NCBI GenBank assembly: GCA_963710755.1
Contig: CAVQBK010000013.1
Span: forward strand, 1 to 64,000
DNA from: an uncultured bacterium
GTDB taxonomy: Bacteria > Oederibacteriota > JAAXVQ01 > JAUVAV01
Reading direction: 5' to 3'
Length of the DNA: 64,000 nt
Under the pieces are notes generated by a model. The model was not told the DNA's origin, ran no database searches, and saw only the letters and a list, made by a program, of their open reading frames with translations. Position 1 is the stretch's first letter; every line of letters starts with the position of its first letter. Positions 1-11,281 of this stretch are shown here, piece after piece. The position numbers and the translations under genes were made by a program.

Positions 1-89
1 CAATAAATCGCCACCACCAAACAATTTGGTTTCATAAAGAACGATGTTTCCAATATTTTCCTGTGTAATTTGATAAACCCCCGTCTCAT
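1..89 (-). CDS. N-terminus of a phage-type replication initiator/replisome organizer (runs off the window edge)
   Basis: Reverse strand reads MRRGFIKLHRKILETSFFMKPNCLVVAIY after an AGGAGG RBS. G(W/F)IKLHRKI is the typical N-terminus of phage replication initiators. Not in the ORF track. Confidence 0.7.
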   Translation of the reverse strand, partial: MRRGFIKLHRKILETSFFMKPNCLVVAIY

Positions 90-244
90 AATAGCCTCCT
101 ATTTTTTTTGTTTTTAGAAAGCTCTTCATTTTTGTGCCATACATAGAGAAGCTCAAACATATGCAATAACGAAACGTTATTTGCTTGTCCAATCTTTGCT
201 TTAGCTTTGATTTTCCCAACTTCTTTTCGTAAATGGTTTTGCAT
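86..244 (-). CDS. Small hypothetical protein (52 aa), phage-like
   Basis: MQNHLRKEVGKIKAKAKIGQ... with a GAGG RBS; its TGA overlaps the next ATG (ATGA), suggesting translational coupling. Confidence 0.5.
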   Translation of the reverse strand: MQNHLRKEVGKIKAKAKIGQANNVSLLHMFELLYVWHKNEELSKNKKNRRLL

Positions 245-487
245 TATCCTCACCACATCGGCACATTTTTATTAGAGCCTTCTTAAATCACCCTCACTAG
301 TTATACGCATGGGGTGGTCAAACAGTGCAAACCATTATCAATTTTCTTCTGGGGTGAATGCTATACATCACATGGTGTAACTCAATTGATTCAATTTGAC
401 TTTCAATTATTTTTCGGTAGGTTAGTCACATCTCAGTATTTTTCTCACGATATCTGGCAGTACTTCTACGGGATTGTTCCCTGGCTT

Positions 488-955
488 TCACCATATTTTT
501 TGAATACCACTTTTGTGTTTACTTCTTCCAACACGTCGCGCTTCTTCCTCATCAAGGTGATATTTCTCTTTGATATATTCATTAAAGCATTTCTTGCAAA
601 TACTTTTTCTTCCATCTTCAGTAGAAATATCCTTCACAAACTCCTTGCGCTTATACCTGTTGCCACAAATAACACAATTCCTTGATTTAATATAATTCGC
701 AGCGATTTTTATATCCATAGGTTCTTTGTTTACTGCTCGGTTCAATAACATCATCAAGAGTTCTATATCTGCATCATTCAAATAAATCATGTCATCTTTT
801 AAGAACTCCTTAGGTGTAAGCCTCTTTTGGCTTAATTGCCCCTTACCTTGCTCTTGGTTGATTTCATAATCCGGATTAAATGCTTTAACCATAAATAAAA
901 ACGGCTCCATAATGGGTCGGATTTCTTCAGTCATTTTTATCTCAATCATGTTCAT
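488..955 (-). CDS. Hypothetical protein with a CxxC...CxxC Zn-finger-like motif, phage/MGE-like
   Basis: CVICG...CKKC; GGAG RBS; co-oriented with the replication gene. Confidence 0.6.
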   Translation of the reverse strand: MNMIEIKMTEEIRPIMEPFLFMVKAFNPDYEINQEQGKGQLSQKRLTPKEFLKDDMIYLNDADIELLMMLLNRAVNKEPMDIKIAANYIKSRNCVICGNRYKRKEFVKDISTEDGRKSICKKCFNEYIKEKYHLDEEEARRVGRSKHKSGIQKIW

Positions 956-1186
956 CTCCCGAATGTTATTTTTAGTTGCTCATTGAGCACAGCTTCTACC
1001 TAGTGGATAACCAGGTCTCCGATCACATCAGACGGCTCCTGTTAACATTCAGCTAAATACTGCCTGAATTTGAGTGTTTTTGATTTATATTCAGATCATT
1101 TCTTATTTGACAGGATGTTTAAATGCAGTGTGATTAATTTATTGTTGTAATCGTAGTTTTTGTGCTAGGGAGTAAACTGACAGAAG

Positions 1187-1831
1187 TTATTGCGACCGTT
1201 CTTCTTGCGCTCCGACTTCCCAAAAATACATATCCAATATTTTCATATCCGTATATTCAACTCCGTTTTCTTTCGTAATCATTTTAATTTTTATAATATC
1301 CTCCAAATGCTCTTTACCAAATTCAATGATTTCTAATAATGATTTTTTAGTAAAACTAAATCGCTTTAAACCACAGGACTTCAAACCCGCCCTGACCAAC
1401 CTATCATAGGCCGGTACACAACCTAATGTCCCGAGTATAATTTTACTTAGCAGAGTATCTGTAGGTTGCTTGCCGTTTCCTAAGCCAGCAACTTCAACAA
1501 TTGCTTGTGCTAATTTTGATTTTATCTCAAGTATATCTTCAATTTCCGACTCACTTCCTGAAAGCGTGAATTTTCTGAGATGTGCATAATTTTTCATCAA
1601 ACCCACAATTGGCTTGAATATTTTGTAGTCCTTCCATAGCAAATAACTTGATCCCCGGTACATACCCCAACTGGCTAAGTAAAACGCCAAATGCAAGCTG
1701 GCCGTATCTACATCATCTATTTTTCCAAAATAATCAAAGCAATGTTCCCATGATTTATAGCGGTGATGTTTGTCTTGTCTGGTTTCTTGGTAGAATTGAT
1801 TGACCAACTTGAAAAGAGGTAAGCGGAGCAT
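1187..1831 (-). CDS. Conserved hypothetical protein, possibly HhH-GPD DNA-glycosylase-like
   Basis: HRYKSWEHC, LAFYLASWGMYRGS and TLLSKIILGTLGCVPAYD (Lys...PxxD spacing as in HhH-GPD folds). The function is inferred. Confidence 0.5.
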   Translation of the reverse strand: MLRLPLFKLVNQFYQETRQDKHHRYKSWEHCFDYFGKIDDVDTASLHLAFYLASWGMYRGSSYLLWKDYKIFKPIVGLMKNYAHLRKFTLSGSESEIEDILEIKSKLAQAIVEVAGLGNGKQPTDTLLSKIILGTLGCVPAYDRLVRAGLKSCGLKRFSFTKKSLLEIIEFGKEHLEDIIKIKMITKENGVEYTDMKILDMYFWEVGAQEERSQ

Positions 1832-1834
1832 GTT

Positions 1835-2626
1835 CTATTCCATTTGCATTTTTTTTGAGTATTCGATATTCCTACAAATCTGATTACCGTTAAGCTCAAA
1901 GATTCTTTTTGTAGTATCCAACCCTTCATCGTGACAAATCTTATAAAGGGTTCCCCATTGAATTATTCCAACTTTATCGAGAGAATCAAATTTATAACCC
2001 TTTTCATTAACATTCTTAAGCTTATGCCAAAATTCAGTTTCTCTCGCAATATATTCTTTAGGCACTAAAGCTACATAGAAAACCTGACCTTTCCCTTTTA
2101 TTGGATATAAACATTTGCAGATATTTTGAACTGCTAGATGAACTACTGGATTCTTGCCGATTTTACGTGTCTCTCCAACCATCTTTTTTAAAGCATCAGG
2201 TACATTATTTGATTCTATTGTTCTTATTTCTTCAACACTCATATTTCTTTTTAGTTCCTTAACCATCAAATATTTTAAAAATAACTGTCTATATAAACTC
2301 GGCACATTTTTTTTGTTGTATTTTACTGAAGGCATTTTAAAAGACTTGGTTTTCACAGAAGCTTGTACTTTTGCTTCAATAAAGACTACTTGATTGCTGC
2401 CATTTTTTCCTTTTATTAATAAAACAACATCTGCATCACCAAAATCCGAAAATGACTGTTCCATCATAATTTCAATTTCAATTGGTTTAAAACTCACATC
2501 ACTCTTGAATTTAATTTCGCTTAAAATATCTCCAAGAATCCTAAGTCCTTGTGGATGATATTTAATTTCATGAAAAAGTGAAAACAGGACCCCCCGTTCA
2601 GAATAGCCATTTATCTCAACAGTCAT
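1835..2626 (-). CDS. PD-(D/E)XK superfamily nuclease
   Basis: EQSFSDFGDADVVLL...VVFIEAKV matches the E...D...EAK catalytic pattern. Confidence 0.7.
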   Translation of the reverse strand: MTVEINGYSERGVLFSLFHEIKYHPQGLRILGDILSEIKFKSDVSFKPIEIEIMMEQSFSDFGDADVVLLIKGKNGSNQVVFIEAKVQASVKTKSFKMPSVKYNKKNVPSLYRQLFLKYLMVKELKRNMSVEEIRTIESNNVPDALKKMVGETRKIGKNPVVHLAVQNICKCLYPIKGKGQVFYVALVPKEYIARETEFWHKLKNVNEKGYKFDSLDKVGIIQWGTLYKICHDEGLDTTKRIFELNGNQICRNIEYSKKMQME

Positions 2627-2731
2627 TGTTTATCCTTTTTAAGCCATCTTCTAATGCATTAGACAATGGCGCCAGCCACCTTTTTCCAAAGATAAAAATA
2701 TTTCCTCGTGTAGTGCCTGACACCGTTTTCA

Positions 2732-5419
2732 TCAATCTTCTCTGTATTTCCTAAAACTTTTCTCCAACTCAGCAAATGATTGTGGACTATATTTATTAAA
2801 TCCCTCTTCTTCCACGAAAACAAAACCAAACTGAATATCCTTTTGAAGCGAATTAATATCTTCACACCATTGTTTTAAGCGCGCCATTTTCAATGGTACA
2901 TCGAGGTCTTCCAATCCTTTTGTTTCAACAATATAGAGTTTTCCTGCCTCTGTTTTTACAATAAAATCAGGATAATAATCAGATGGGCTGCCATCAGAAC
3001 GAATATAATCCAATTTAAAGTGAACTGCAAAAAAGTTCTTTGCATAGGCTACCACATCAGGACTTTTTTCAAGAAAAGATGCAAACAGCAATTCAAGATG
3101 GCTGTCACCGATAATTTTATTAAAAACGCTTTTTTGTGGTACCAAAAATCCTTGATCCTTGACCACAAACGGCCTCGTCTGCCTAAGTTTAATCCTATCC
3201 TTAATTTCCGCACTGCCTTTATCCTTCACCGTTAGTGCATTAATCTGTTGTTTGAAAGTCTCGACAATGGTTTTAGTAGCTTCTAGATCAGACAAATTTC
3301 TCAATGTGTTCAGATCATCTATATCTACTTTAATATCAAATAGATGTTCGGAGATAAATTCTTTCACTTTTCCATATAAAACATCATACCCGCTGACCAG
3401 ACGTAAATCTTTCATGATAACTTGAGAAAAATATCCAATAACACTACGACAATCCACAGAAGTCCCTGTTTCTAGCAGGGTGATATGATTGACTTCTCCA
3501 GTGGTTATGTCTTTAAAAACAATTTCGCGTTTTTCTTCTTCTGTATATTGATTGTACTTTACTTTTGGAGTTCCAAACTTACTAGGATCGATTTCTTCCA
3601 GGCTTTTATACTCCCGATGAATACGCGGTGTTAAGATGGGTATTTCAATATCCAGCTTATCTATATCCTTCTTGGTGTTTTCAACATCAACCTCAATAAT
3701 TATCGGAGCTTTGGGTTGAGTACCCTCCCCCATGGGTTTATGCTCTAGTTCCACACCCTCGCTTTTGATCGACTCAACAAAATCCATAAACGCATCTGTT
3801 CCAACCACGCTGACATATTCTGTGGCATCTGTGCCTAAATACATACGTCGCAATCCACGACCTAGGGTTTGTTCTGGCAATATATTACTTTTGGCAGCAT
3901 AGGCACGCAATCCTACAATTGTAGTCACATTACGCACATCCCAGCCTTCTTTGAGCATAAGAACTGAGACGATTACTTTATAGGGATTATCCCAACTATC
4001 AATTTGATTGGCTAATTTCCTGAGTTTTTCCAACTCTTCTTTGCTTTTCTTACTATCAGCTTCAGAGATTTCACCATTATTGTTGGTATGAATTGTAAGA
4101 ATCGCGTTCTTAAATTCGGGAAAGGTTTCTTCTAGGTATTCAGTCACATCATCACAATTTTTTGTATCATCGGTCATGATAAAAAGCACTGCCTTCTTAC
4201 CGAGTTTCTCGTGTTCAGCTGAAGCCTTGCGCCACTCCTCTACTCCTAGGGCCATATAATCCGCATACTTTTCCGTATACTTCGAACTTTGACGTTCAGA
4301 AAGTTTTGCCCGGCTGGCAGAATCCGGCAGCACTGGATGCTTCACCACATTTTGTGTAATCGCCTCTACCAAAGGATAGTCACAAACTGTTTGAACAAAA
4401 ATCCCTCCATTATTGTGCTTGGGCGTCGCTGTTAGATCTACCTGCAAAGACAGAAAATGATCCTTTTGTTTTAATCGGTTATGAATATCTGCAATTGATC
4501 GAAACCAGGCCAAACGGCTGTCATGTATATGGTGCGCTTCATCATTAATCACTACCAATTCATCAATTTCGCGTACAATCACACCCAGGTCAACCTTGCT
4601 GTCGTTTGTCTTGCCAACCGGCCGTTGCCCTAAAAAATAGTTTTCAAGATTAGCATCATCCATCCCCGGTTCGCTCTCATCACCTGCATAAACTCTGTGA
4701 ATATTTGTCAGAAAAATATTCCCGCTTTTCCTGATAATATTGACATCATCCTGAATGTGAAGTGTAACTTGAAAATCATCCTGCCAATTCTGACCAGCAT
4801 AACCGTTTTCTGGCAACAAGGGGTCCTGGTAAAATATTTTCAATCCGTCAAAATCAGCCCGTAACCGATCCAATACAATTATATTTGGCGCGATCATTAA
4901 AAAATTAGTCGCCAGGGTTGAATCAGGTTCATAGAGTTTATGAAAATAGCACCAAGTCACCACCATACTCATAACCTTGGTTTTACCACTACCTGTGGCC
5001 ATCTTAACTACCAGACGTAACCAATCTTCTTCAAACATACCGGTTGAAATTACACCAGATGAGTCATAACGCATCAGATCATATTTATCCTTAACCTTAT
5101 CCACCTCAAAAAGATAAATCAGGGTTTCAATAGCTTCCTGTTGGGCAAAATAATATTTAAACTCTTCATAACCAGAACCGGACTTTTGTATAGTGTGTTT
5201 TTTAGAAAACCACCATTTGAGCAAACTTCGACTGGTTTCTGACGCATTGATGTAATCTTTCCTCCGCCAATCCGAGACTGCTTGACGAATTTTATGCACC
5301 AATGGAGGAATCAGCTTATCATAGCTGGTCTCTCGCATAGCCTCATCTGCCGGAAACCAACGAACATCCGGTTTTAACTCGTCATATGGAGAGGTTGGAA
5401 AAGATGGATGAATTGCCAT
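2732..5419 (-). CDS. res: Type III restriction enzyme Res subunit (SF2 helicase plus C-terminal PD-(D/E)XK nuclease)
   Basis: KMATGSGKT (Walker A), DEAHH, TATP, LKEGWD, QTLGRGLR, C-terminal YYPDFIV...IVETKG. Confidence 0.93.
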   Translation of the reverse strand: MAIHPSFPTSPYDELKPDVRWFPADEAMRETSYDKLIPPLVHKIRQAVSDWRRKDYINASETSRSLLKWWFSKKHTIQKSGSGYEEFKYYFAQQEAIETLIYLFEVDKVKDKYDLMRYDSSGVISTGMFEEDWLRLVVKMATGSGKTKVMSMVVTWCYFHKLYEPDSTLATNFLMIAPNIIVLDRLRADFDGLKIFYQDPLLPENGYAGQNWQDDFQVTLHIQDDVNIIRKSGNIFLTNIHRVYAGDESEPGMDDANLENYFLGQRPVGKTNDSKVDLGVIVREIDELVVINDEAHHIHDSRLAWFRSIADIHNRLKQKDHFLSLQVDLTATPKHNNGGIFVQTVCDYPLVEAITQNVVKHPVLPDSASRAKLSERQSSKYTEKYADYMALGVEEWRKASAEHEKLGKKAVLFIMTDDTKNCDDVTEYLEETFPEFKNAILTIHTNNNGEISEADSKKSKEELEKLRKLANQIDSWDNPYKVIVSVLMLKEGWDVRNVTTIVGLRAYAAKSNILPEQTLGRGLRRMYLGTDATEYVSVVGTDAFMDFVESIKSEGVELEHKPMGEGTQPKAPIIIEVDVENTKKDIDKLDIEIPILTPRIHREYKSLEEIDPSKFGTPKVKYNQYTEEEKREIVFKDITTGEVNHITLLETGTSVDCRSVIGYFSQVIMKDLRLVSGYDVLYGKVKEFISEHLFDIKVDIDDLNTLRNLSDLEATKTIVETFKQQINALTVKDKGSAEIKDRIKLRQTRPFVVKDQGFLVPQKSVFNKIIGDSHLELLFASFLEKSPDVVAYAKNFFAVHFKLDYIRSDGSPSDYYPDFIVKTEAGKLYIVETKGLEDLDVPLKMARLKQWCEDINSLQKDIQFGFVFVEEEGFNKYSPQSFAELEKSFRKYRED

Positions 5420-5572
5420 TATCGTACCTCTTATCTTTATTTCTTATCCCATTATCTTGAATAACTTATTAATAAAATAATATAAAACATTGTATCTGTT
5501 ACATATAATATCCAGTATTTAAATCTTTTTTTATAATTCCCCCCCCAACAATTACATCGGGCTACATACATC

Positions 5573-5650
5573 TCATGCCCAATATGGCAAATAAGTAGCA
5601 TCCTTTTCTTTAATTTCATTGAGTATTTTTATAACATCAAAACGGGTCAC
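5573..5650 (-). pseudogene. Short truncated ORF remnant between herA and res
   Basis: AGGAG RBS, GTG start, 25 codons (VTRFDVIKILNEIKEKDATYLPYWA), then a stop and AT-rich sequence. Confidence 0.3.
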
Positions 5651-5672
5651 GAGGTTGCTCCTGTAATTTTAA

Positions 5673-7787
5673 TTACTTTTTACCCTCTTTCCATTTATCG
5701 CAGATTTGCTTGTAATTGGGAAAATCTTTTTGTTCTTCCAGCCATTTTCCAACAAAGTGCGGATTATCACTGTTAGGCTTTGGCTCAACATTGTTAATTC
5801 TTACTTGTACAGGTGTTCGCACACAATCTCCCATTATTGTAGCGTGTTGCTGCGGCAAAATTGGCAGTTGGTCCAAAATATCACTATTCGCGCTAGATAC
5901 TAAACCGCGAATATATTTCTGGTCATCTGGATTTTGTAACCGATGTACAATAAAGGAGTTGCATTGAGAAAGAACCGTCTTGGATAATTCAGCCGGTCTT
6001 TGACTAGAAATGATTAAAGAAATTCCATATTTGCGTCCTTCACGCGCAATTCGTTCAAATACTTTTTTGGCAATAGACTCACGATCTTTTCTGCTTTTTT
6101 CAGGAATGTAGTTTTGAGCTTCTTCAAGTACTAATACAATTGGGTATTCACCTCTGTTTTCAGGTTTAAAATGAGAGACAAATTCTATAATTAATCTTCC
6201 TATAAGGCCTGTTATATTTTCTAATACATCAAAAGGAATGAGCGCCAAATCAAGAATAGTTATTTGATTTACTCTCTTTTCATCAAAACTCTCAGTTGAA
6301 ACATTAGCGTAGTATGCTGAAAATATATCATTTTCACTTTCTTTAAATCGGTTGAAATCTCCCAAAACAAAAGAAAGGAATTTTGCTAAAGAATCATTGA
6401 ATTCTTTCTCAGTTCCCATCATTAACGGTTCAGCGATACGTTGATCATTTAAAAAACTTTCCAGACGCAATCGTAAAGTTGATAAATATTCGGAAATGCG
6501 GGAATTTGAGCCTTCATGTTCTTCAATGGCAGCATTAATAAACTTGGTTATCAATTCTTGATAGTTGAACCATGTAGGAAGGTCAATATTTTTATCATTT
6601 ATTATCTGTTTTTGTCGAGCAACTTCAATGTACTTGGTAAACAAATTATGAATTACGCCTATTTTCTCATTCTGAATATTTGCATTATTAAAGTTTTTTT
6701 CTTGTCCTAACGCTTCTATCTCCAATGCAATTTTTTTTATTTCAACAATATCAATATTTTTCAATGCCTCAGCTAAGTTCAGCATTTCATTTTTATCTTT
6801 CCACTTCCATTTACCGTAATCACTAATCCCTGTCTTCTTTTTTATATCATCCGGAGAACTATCAATTATCGAAATGATTCCCTTTTTAAGAAAATTTGAT
6901 AAAGAGTTTATGCTCTCGGTTTCATCTTTATTCTTGGCGAGCCCAACTGCCCTCTTCAATATCGGCGCTTGCGTCCCTGGTCCCGGTTCAAATAAATAGT
7001 CAAAATCATCCCAATTCATAAACCAGTAGGGTACTTTAAGACCTTTATTATTTATGTAAAAAGCATTTATTCTTTCGAATATTTTACCCTCTGCAATTAA
7101 AGCATTTTTATATTCACCGTTTGTATCAAAAATTACAAAATGAGCATTTTTTAAATATTTTTCATCCGACTGTTTAGAACCACTTTCTTTCTTTACGTTG
7201 AACTTAAAATCAAACAGCGAGTGAAGTATTGCTGTTAATGTGCAGGATTTACCAGAACCTGTATTACCCAATATTGCGGCATGTTTTACAAAAAATTGGT
7301 CAGGACATATCTTGACATCATAATCAGGAAAAGCAGGTGATTTTCCAATCGGAAGATAATAATCTTTTGTGTAATCAACTTCCGTATTTTCTTTATAATC
7401 AAATATTTTATCCAAATCTTTGGCAGTTACGTACCAAACCGGATTATCCAATACAGGAAAGTTGTAAACGCCCTGTATGAATTGTTCAGCATTTTCTCTG
7501 ACTTCGATAGTGCCCAGCATAGTTGCCGTAACATACCGGGAAGAAGACGGCAAAGATATGGATTGATTTTTCTTATCAAATTCCGTTTCTTCCTGCATCT
7601 TCACTCTTGTAATCAACGCAACAATTCTCTCCGCCCCAACCGGAATAACAAGATATGAATTTATCCTTGCAACCTCATAAATATCGTGCAGACCACTTTT
7701 ATGGGTACTTGTCAACTTATCATCAAGACGGATAAAAACCCGGAAATTATCAACCGAGACAACTCGACCTATCTGTTTCTCAGACAT
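5673..7787 (-). CDS. herA: HerA/FtsK-family ATPase (HAS barrel plus DUF87), partner of SIR2
   Basis: GNTGSGKS Walker A, LEEAQNY Walker B, RIAREGRKYG, SQRP. Likely start is MSEKQIG at 7787 with a GGAGG RBS, overlapping the SIR2 stop. Confidence 0.92.
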   Translation of the reverse strand: MSEKQIGRVVSVDNFRVFIRLDDKLTSTHKSGLHDIYEVARINSYLVIPVGAERIVALITRVKMQEETEFDKKNQSISLPSSSRYVTATMLGTIEVRENAEQFIQGVYNFPVLDNPVWYVTAKDLDKIFDYKENTEVDYTKDYYLPIGKSPAFPDYDVKICPDQFFVKHAAILGNTGSGKSCTLTAILHSLFDFKFNVKKESGSKQSDEKYLKNAHFVIFDTNGEYKNALIAEGKIFERINAFYINNKGLKVPYWFMNWDDFDYLFEPGPGTQAPILKRAVGLAKNKDETESINSLSNFLKKGIISIIDSSPDDIKKKTGISDYGKWKWKDKNEMLNLAEALKNIDIVEIKKIALEIEALGQEKNFNNANIQNEKIGVIHNLFTKYIEVARQKQIINDKNIDLPTWFNYQELITKFINAAIEEHEGSNSRISEYLSTLRLRLESFLNDQRIAEPLMMGTEKEFNDSLAKFLSFVLGDFNRFKESENDIFSAYYANVSTESFDEKRVNQITILDLALIPFDVLENITGLIGRLIIEFVSHFKPENRGEYPIVLVLEEAQNYIPEKSRKDRESIAKKVFERIAREGRKYGISLIISSQRPAELSKTVLSQCNSFIVHRLQNPDDQKYIRGLVSSANSDILDQLPILPQQHATIMGDCVRTPVQVRINNVEPKPNSDNPHFVGKWLEEQKDFPNYKQICDKWKEGKK

Positions 7788-9024
7788 CCGTGGCCTCCGG
7801 TTCATTGTCTTTGTCACGATCGGGAAATAACACCTTAATTGTTTCCAGTACTTTCATCGCATCTTTCTCTTCATATAAATCAGGCATAATTTCGGTTACA
7901 AAGTTTATAAATTTAGCAGATTCACCTTCAATTATAATAATACGCGGATCATTTAATAATTTGAGTTTTTCGATATTCGTGTTTTTTGAACCGTTATAGT
8001 CAACAATAAACAAAGTAAAAGAAGGAATAGAGAGTGCCTGATGAATAATATCGTTGATGTGTTCATCATTAAATGAATATCCAACACAAAATAGAACAGA
8101 CTGGCTCTGTTTAATTGAATGCGAAAAATATCGAAAAAGTTCGGAATATGGCAAATCCAGAGCAAATGTCTTTTTGGTGGCACACGGATAAATCACTAAT
8201 TCATTATCCGGCTTTGCATTTTCAATAGAAACATCTTCAATACCATATGAATTACCTGCATCAGGTTCTTTATATACCCATGATAAGGACCCGTGCAATT
8301 TATAGTATCTTATTACCTTTTCAGCACGATGTACTTTACCACTGGTTGTCTGTCCGGGATAATAAACATCATAGTCATAGGTTTCCGGACGAAAACATCG
8401 TCGTTGAAAGCCGGAAAAACCATTTATACAATGAATACCCACGTTATCAAAGGCATACTCAAAGGCGAGATCATAATTTGTAGTAAAAAGATTTATCCGT
8501 CTAAGATTAATAGGCCGCTGAAGCAATTTCTTTAATATTTTTTCATGATAATGATATCTGTTCCTCTGCAAGTGTTCATCATCTTTATAATCTCCTTGAA
8601 CTATTGTACACTGTGTATTACATAATTTGAAAAGTTCATTTTGAATTTCTTTAATTAATTCATTGATTTTTTCCACTTTCTGATTTGCCTTTTCCAGGGT
8701 GAATCTCTTAGCCTGCAAATAATTAAGAAAATCCTCTAAAGAAATATCATTAAAGCTTTGGCCTTTTTTTAAAATAGCATTAATTCTTTTCTCATATTCT
8801 TCTTTTAACTCACTATTTTTTGATAGTGCACCATTTATTTCTTTTGGTATTGTTCTGATTATTGGTGCTCCGAGATGGAAACTGGTGCCCGCTCCTGCCA
8901 GAACACTTACATTATCCAGTTCTAGATAATTTTTAATCCGCAAGCGTATTTTATTTTTATCATTTTCTTCCCTATTGCCAATGAAACAAGTAAAACCAGA
9001 AGAAGCAGATTTCCCAACTCTCAT
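7780..9024 (-). CDS. SIR2-family (SIR2_2) NADase-like protein of a Sir2-HerA anti-phage system
   Basis: [26 protein letters not shown] motifs; directly upstream of herA. Confidence 0.9.
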   Translation of the reverse strand: MRVGKSASSGFTCFIGNREENDKNKIRLRIKNYLELDNVSVLAGAGTSFHLGAPIIRTIPKEINGALSKNSELKEEYEKRINAILKKGQSFNDISLEDFLNYLQAKRFTLEKANQKVEKINELIKEIQNELFKLCNTQCTIVQGDYKDDEHLQRNRYHYHEKILKKLLQRPINLRRINLFTTNYDLAFEYAFDNVGIHCINGFSGFQRRCFRPETYDYDVYYPGQTTSGKVHRAEKVIRYYKLHGSLSWVYKEPDAGNSYGIEDVSIENAKPDNELVIYPCATKKTFALDLPYSELFRYFSHSIKQSQSVLFCVGYSFNDEHINDIIHQALSIPSFTLFIVDYNGSKNTNIEKLKLLNDPRIIIIEGESAKFINFVTEIMPDLYEEKDAMKVLETIKVLFPDRDKDNEPEATDV

Positions 9025-11270
9025 ACCCTCACCTCAATAATCTTCATAGTATCATTGCCAAAAATATCCACAACCTTGACCGCAATTTTTTGTCGCTTCT
9101 TCGAACAGGGGTAATAGGCAGATTTAAATTCCAAAGAACGGTCTTTCTTGGTTCGAAAGCTCTGCCACTCATTCTCAAAAACAAAATCACCGGTCCAGAC
9201 TTCTTCAATTTTTCCAGTAGCTTCATTTTTTTCTCGAACAATCTCCCGCTTGCTTTCAAAATCAAAATCCACGCTCCAGTAGTCAATCCAGTCTGTCCAC
9301 TTCTTGGTTAAAACCTCTTTTTTGACAATACCAGCTTTATCTTTGGATACCTTAATGATCTTCCCATTTTCCACCACAATTTTATTCGCTCTGTCTTTCA
9401 TGCTTGCAGCTGCATGGTCAACACTATCTTGAGAATAATAGACAGAAAAATCAGTTAATTCCACAGCAATAGTTCCCTTTTTCTCATGTGGCTTTACTTC
9501 AATATAGGACACATCATGAAATACAACCTGGTTCTTTTCAATTGCTCGTTTATCAAATACTTCTCTGGGAATATACTTCAATACCAGGTCAATACCTTTA
9601 GCCTTTGCCTCTTCTTGGATATTTGGAAAAAGTCCCATTTCAAATTCAAATGCTAAAATATCCACCCGCGAAACACGCTTGGCCCGACACTCAAGAATTA
9701 CTTCTTCAGCAAAGAGACGTGTGACCGGAAGATTAATCGGTCCGATGGTCACCATACGCCCGGTTTTTTTACCATGAAAACATTTAAAATTATCTGTACT
9801 TTGTGCCTTGTATGCTTTAAGGATCAGGTTAATGAATTCCTTTTCCTTCTGTTCAAGCTGTTTTTGACGTTCTTCCTCGCGAAGATTCATATTAACACCA
9901 ATATAATGTGCCCGTTCGTATTTACCGAGATTAAGAATCTCAAAAGCGCGGAAGTCTTTCCCTTCATTTTTAAGTTGGCGTTGTACCTGAATCATACGCT
10001 TACGCGTGGTGTGAATAGCGAACTTACCAAGATCAGATCCGATCCACTTGCGTCCTAATTTTTCAGCCACTGACATAGTTGTCCCAGAGCCGCAGAAAAA
10101 GTCAGCTATAATGTCGTTCTCATTAGACGAAGCTTTTATGATGCGTTCAAGAAGCGCTTCAGGTTTTTGGGTGGGATAATCTACTCGCTCTTTTGCAACA
10201 GGATTTACAGCAGGAATATCTGTCCATAGATCCTGAAGTTTTATCCCCTTCATTTCTTCAATATACTGTTTATACTGAATTCGGCCAGTCTTCTCCTTCG
10301 GAAATATAAGTCGACCTTCTTTGTCTAAATGGGCCATCTTTTCCCGCGTCCATTTATATCCATTTGAATGTGGCCAGTAACCTTTATATTCATAATAGAG
10401 ATTTGGTCTAATGCCAGGATTACCAGTTGGTATTGGAATATATTCTCGTCCATTCTCGTCTTTCCTTACTCGTTCAAGATATTTTTCTTCATAGTCATGA
10501 TACTGCATATTAAAGATATAACTCAACGATCTACCATACCAATAAATAGTATCATGTAATACGCCACATCTTTTACTTGCAAGTCCTGTAGAAGTTGATC
10601 GTTTCCAAATTATTTCATTAATAAACTGATCTTTACCAAATACTTCGTCGAGTACCAATCTTATAAATCCACTTACACGATTATCACAGTGAACGTATAT
10701 ATTTCCATTTTCAGCCAGCAGATCACGCATGAGAACCAGACGTTCATAAATCATGGCAATAAAGCTATCTGCACCTTTTCCCCAGGTGTCACGGTAGGCA
10801 AGTTCCTCAAGAACATTCGGCTTTTTTGTAAAAGTTTCTTCTCCAATTTCAATATCCATGGAAAAATCTGCACCAACATCAAAAGGAGGGTCTATATAGA
10901 TTAGTTTAATACCACCTTGCGCTTCAATCTCTTCACGCAAAGGTCCATTTTTTAAGCTTGAAAGAATGAGTTTGTTGTCTCCCCAGATCAGCTTATTTGT
11001 CCAGCCAGATTTCTGTCTTCCTCTCTCGTCAAACAACGAAAACTGCGGAGCTGTATCTTCTGGCTTTTCTGCACGAGGTTCATCAACATTTTCGATCACT
11101 TGAAAAGGCAGGACGATATTACAGACTTCATTAGTCTTACCATTCCAAACCAACTCCACTTCCCGTTTATCATCAAACAATAAAAAACGATATTTGTCTG
11201 GCAATGGCTTCCCTGCTTCGATGAGCTTCAATATTTCTCGTTTTTCATTATCGGTCAGATTTAATGGCAT
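9021..11270 (-). CDS. mod: Type III RM DNA methyltransferase (Mod subunit)
   Basis: YIDPPF (motif IV), [23 protein letters not shown] (motif I); beta-class order with a central TRD. Confidence 0.93.
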   Translation of the reverse strand: MPLNLTDNEKREILKLIEAGKPLPDKYRFLLFDDKREVELVWNGKTNEVCNIVLPFQVIENVDEPRAEKPEDTAPQFSLFDERGRQKSGWTNKLIWGDNKLILSSLKNGPLREEIEAQGGIKLIYIDPPFDVGADFSMDIEIGEETFTKKPNVLEELAYRDTWGKGADSFIAMIYERLVLMRDLLAENGNIYVHCDNRVSGFIRLVLDEVFGKDQFINEIIWKRSTSTGLASKRCGVLHDTIYWYGRSLSYIFNMQYHDYEEKYLERVRKDENGREYIPIPTGNPGIRPNLYYEYKGYWPHSNGYKWTREKMAHLDKEGRLIFPKEKTGRIQYKQYIEEMKGIKLQDLWTDIPAVNPVAKERVDYPTQKPEALLERIIKASSNENDIIADFFCGSGTTMSVAEKLGRKWIGSDLGKFAIHTTRKRMIQVQRQLKNEGKDFRAFEILNLGKYERAHYIGVNMNLREEERQKQLEQKEKEFINLILKAYKAQSTDNFKCFHGKKTGRMVTIGPINLPVTRLFAEEVILECRAKRVSRVDILAFEFEMGLFPNIQEEAKAKGIDLVLKYIPREVFDKRAIEKNQVVFHDVSYIEVKPHEKKGTIAVELTDFSVYYSQDSVDHAAASMKDRANKIVVENGKIIKVSKDKAGIVKKEVLTKKWTDWIDYWSVDFDFESKREIVREKNEATGKIEEVWTGDFVFENEWQSFRTKKDRSLEFKSAYYPCSKKRQKIAVKVVDIFGNDTMKIIEVRV

Positions 11271-11281
11271 AATAGCTTTCC

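Noticed and set aside
9021-11270. Phase-variable mod (phasevarion)
   Set aside because: No simple sequence repeat tract seen in the gene or at its start.
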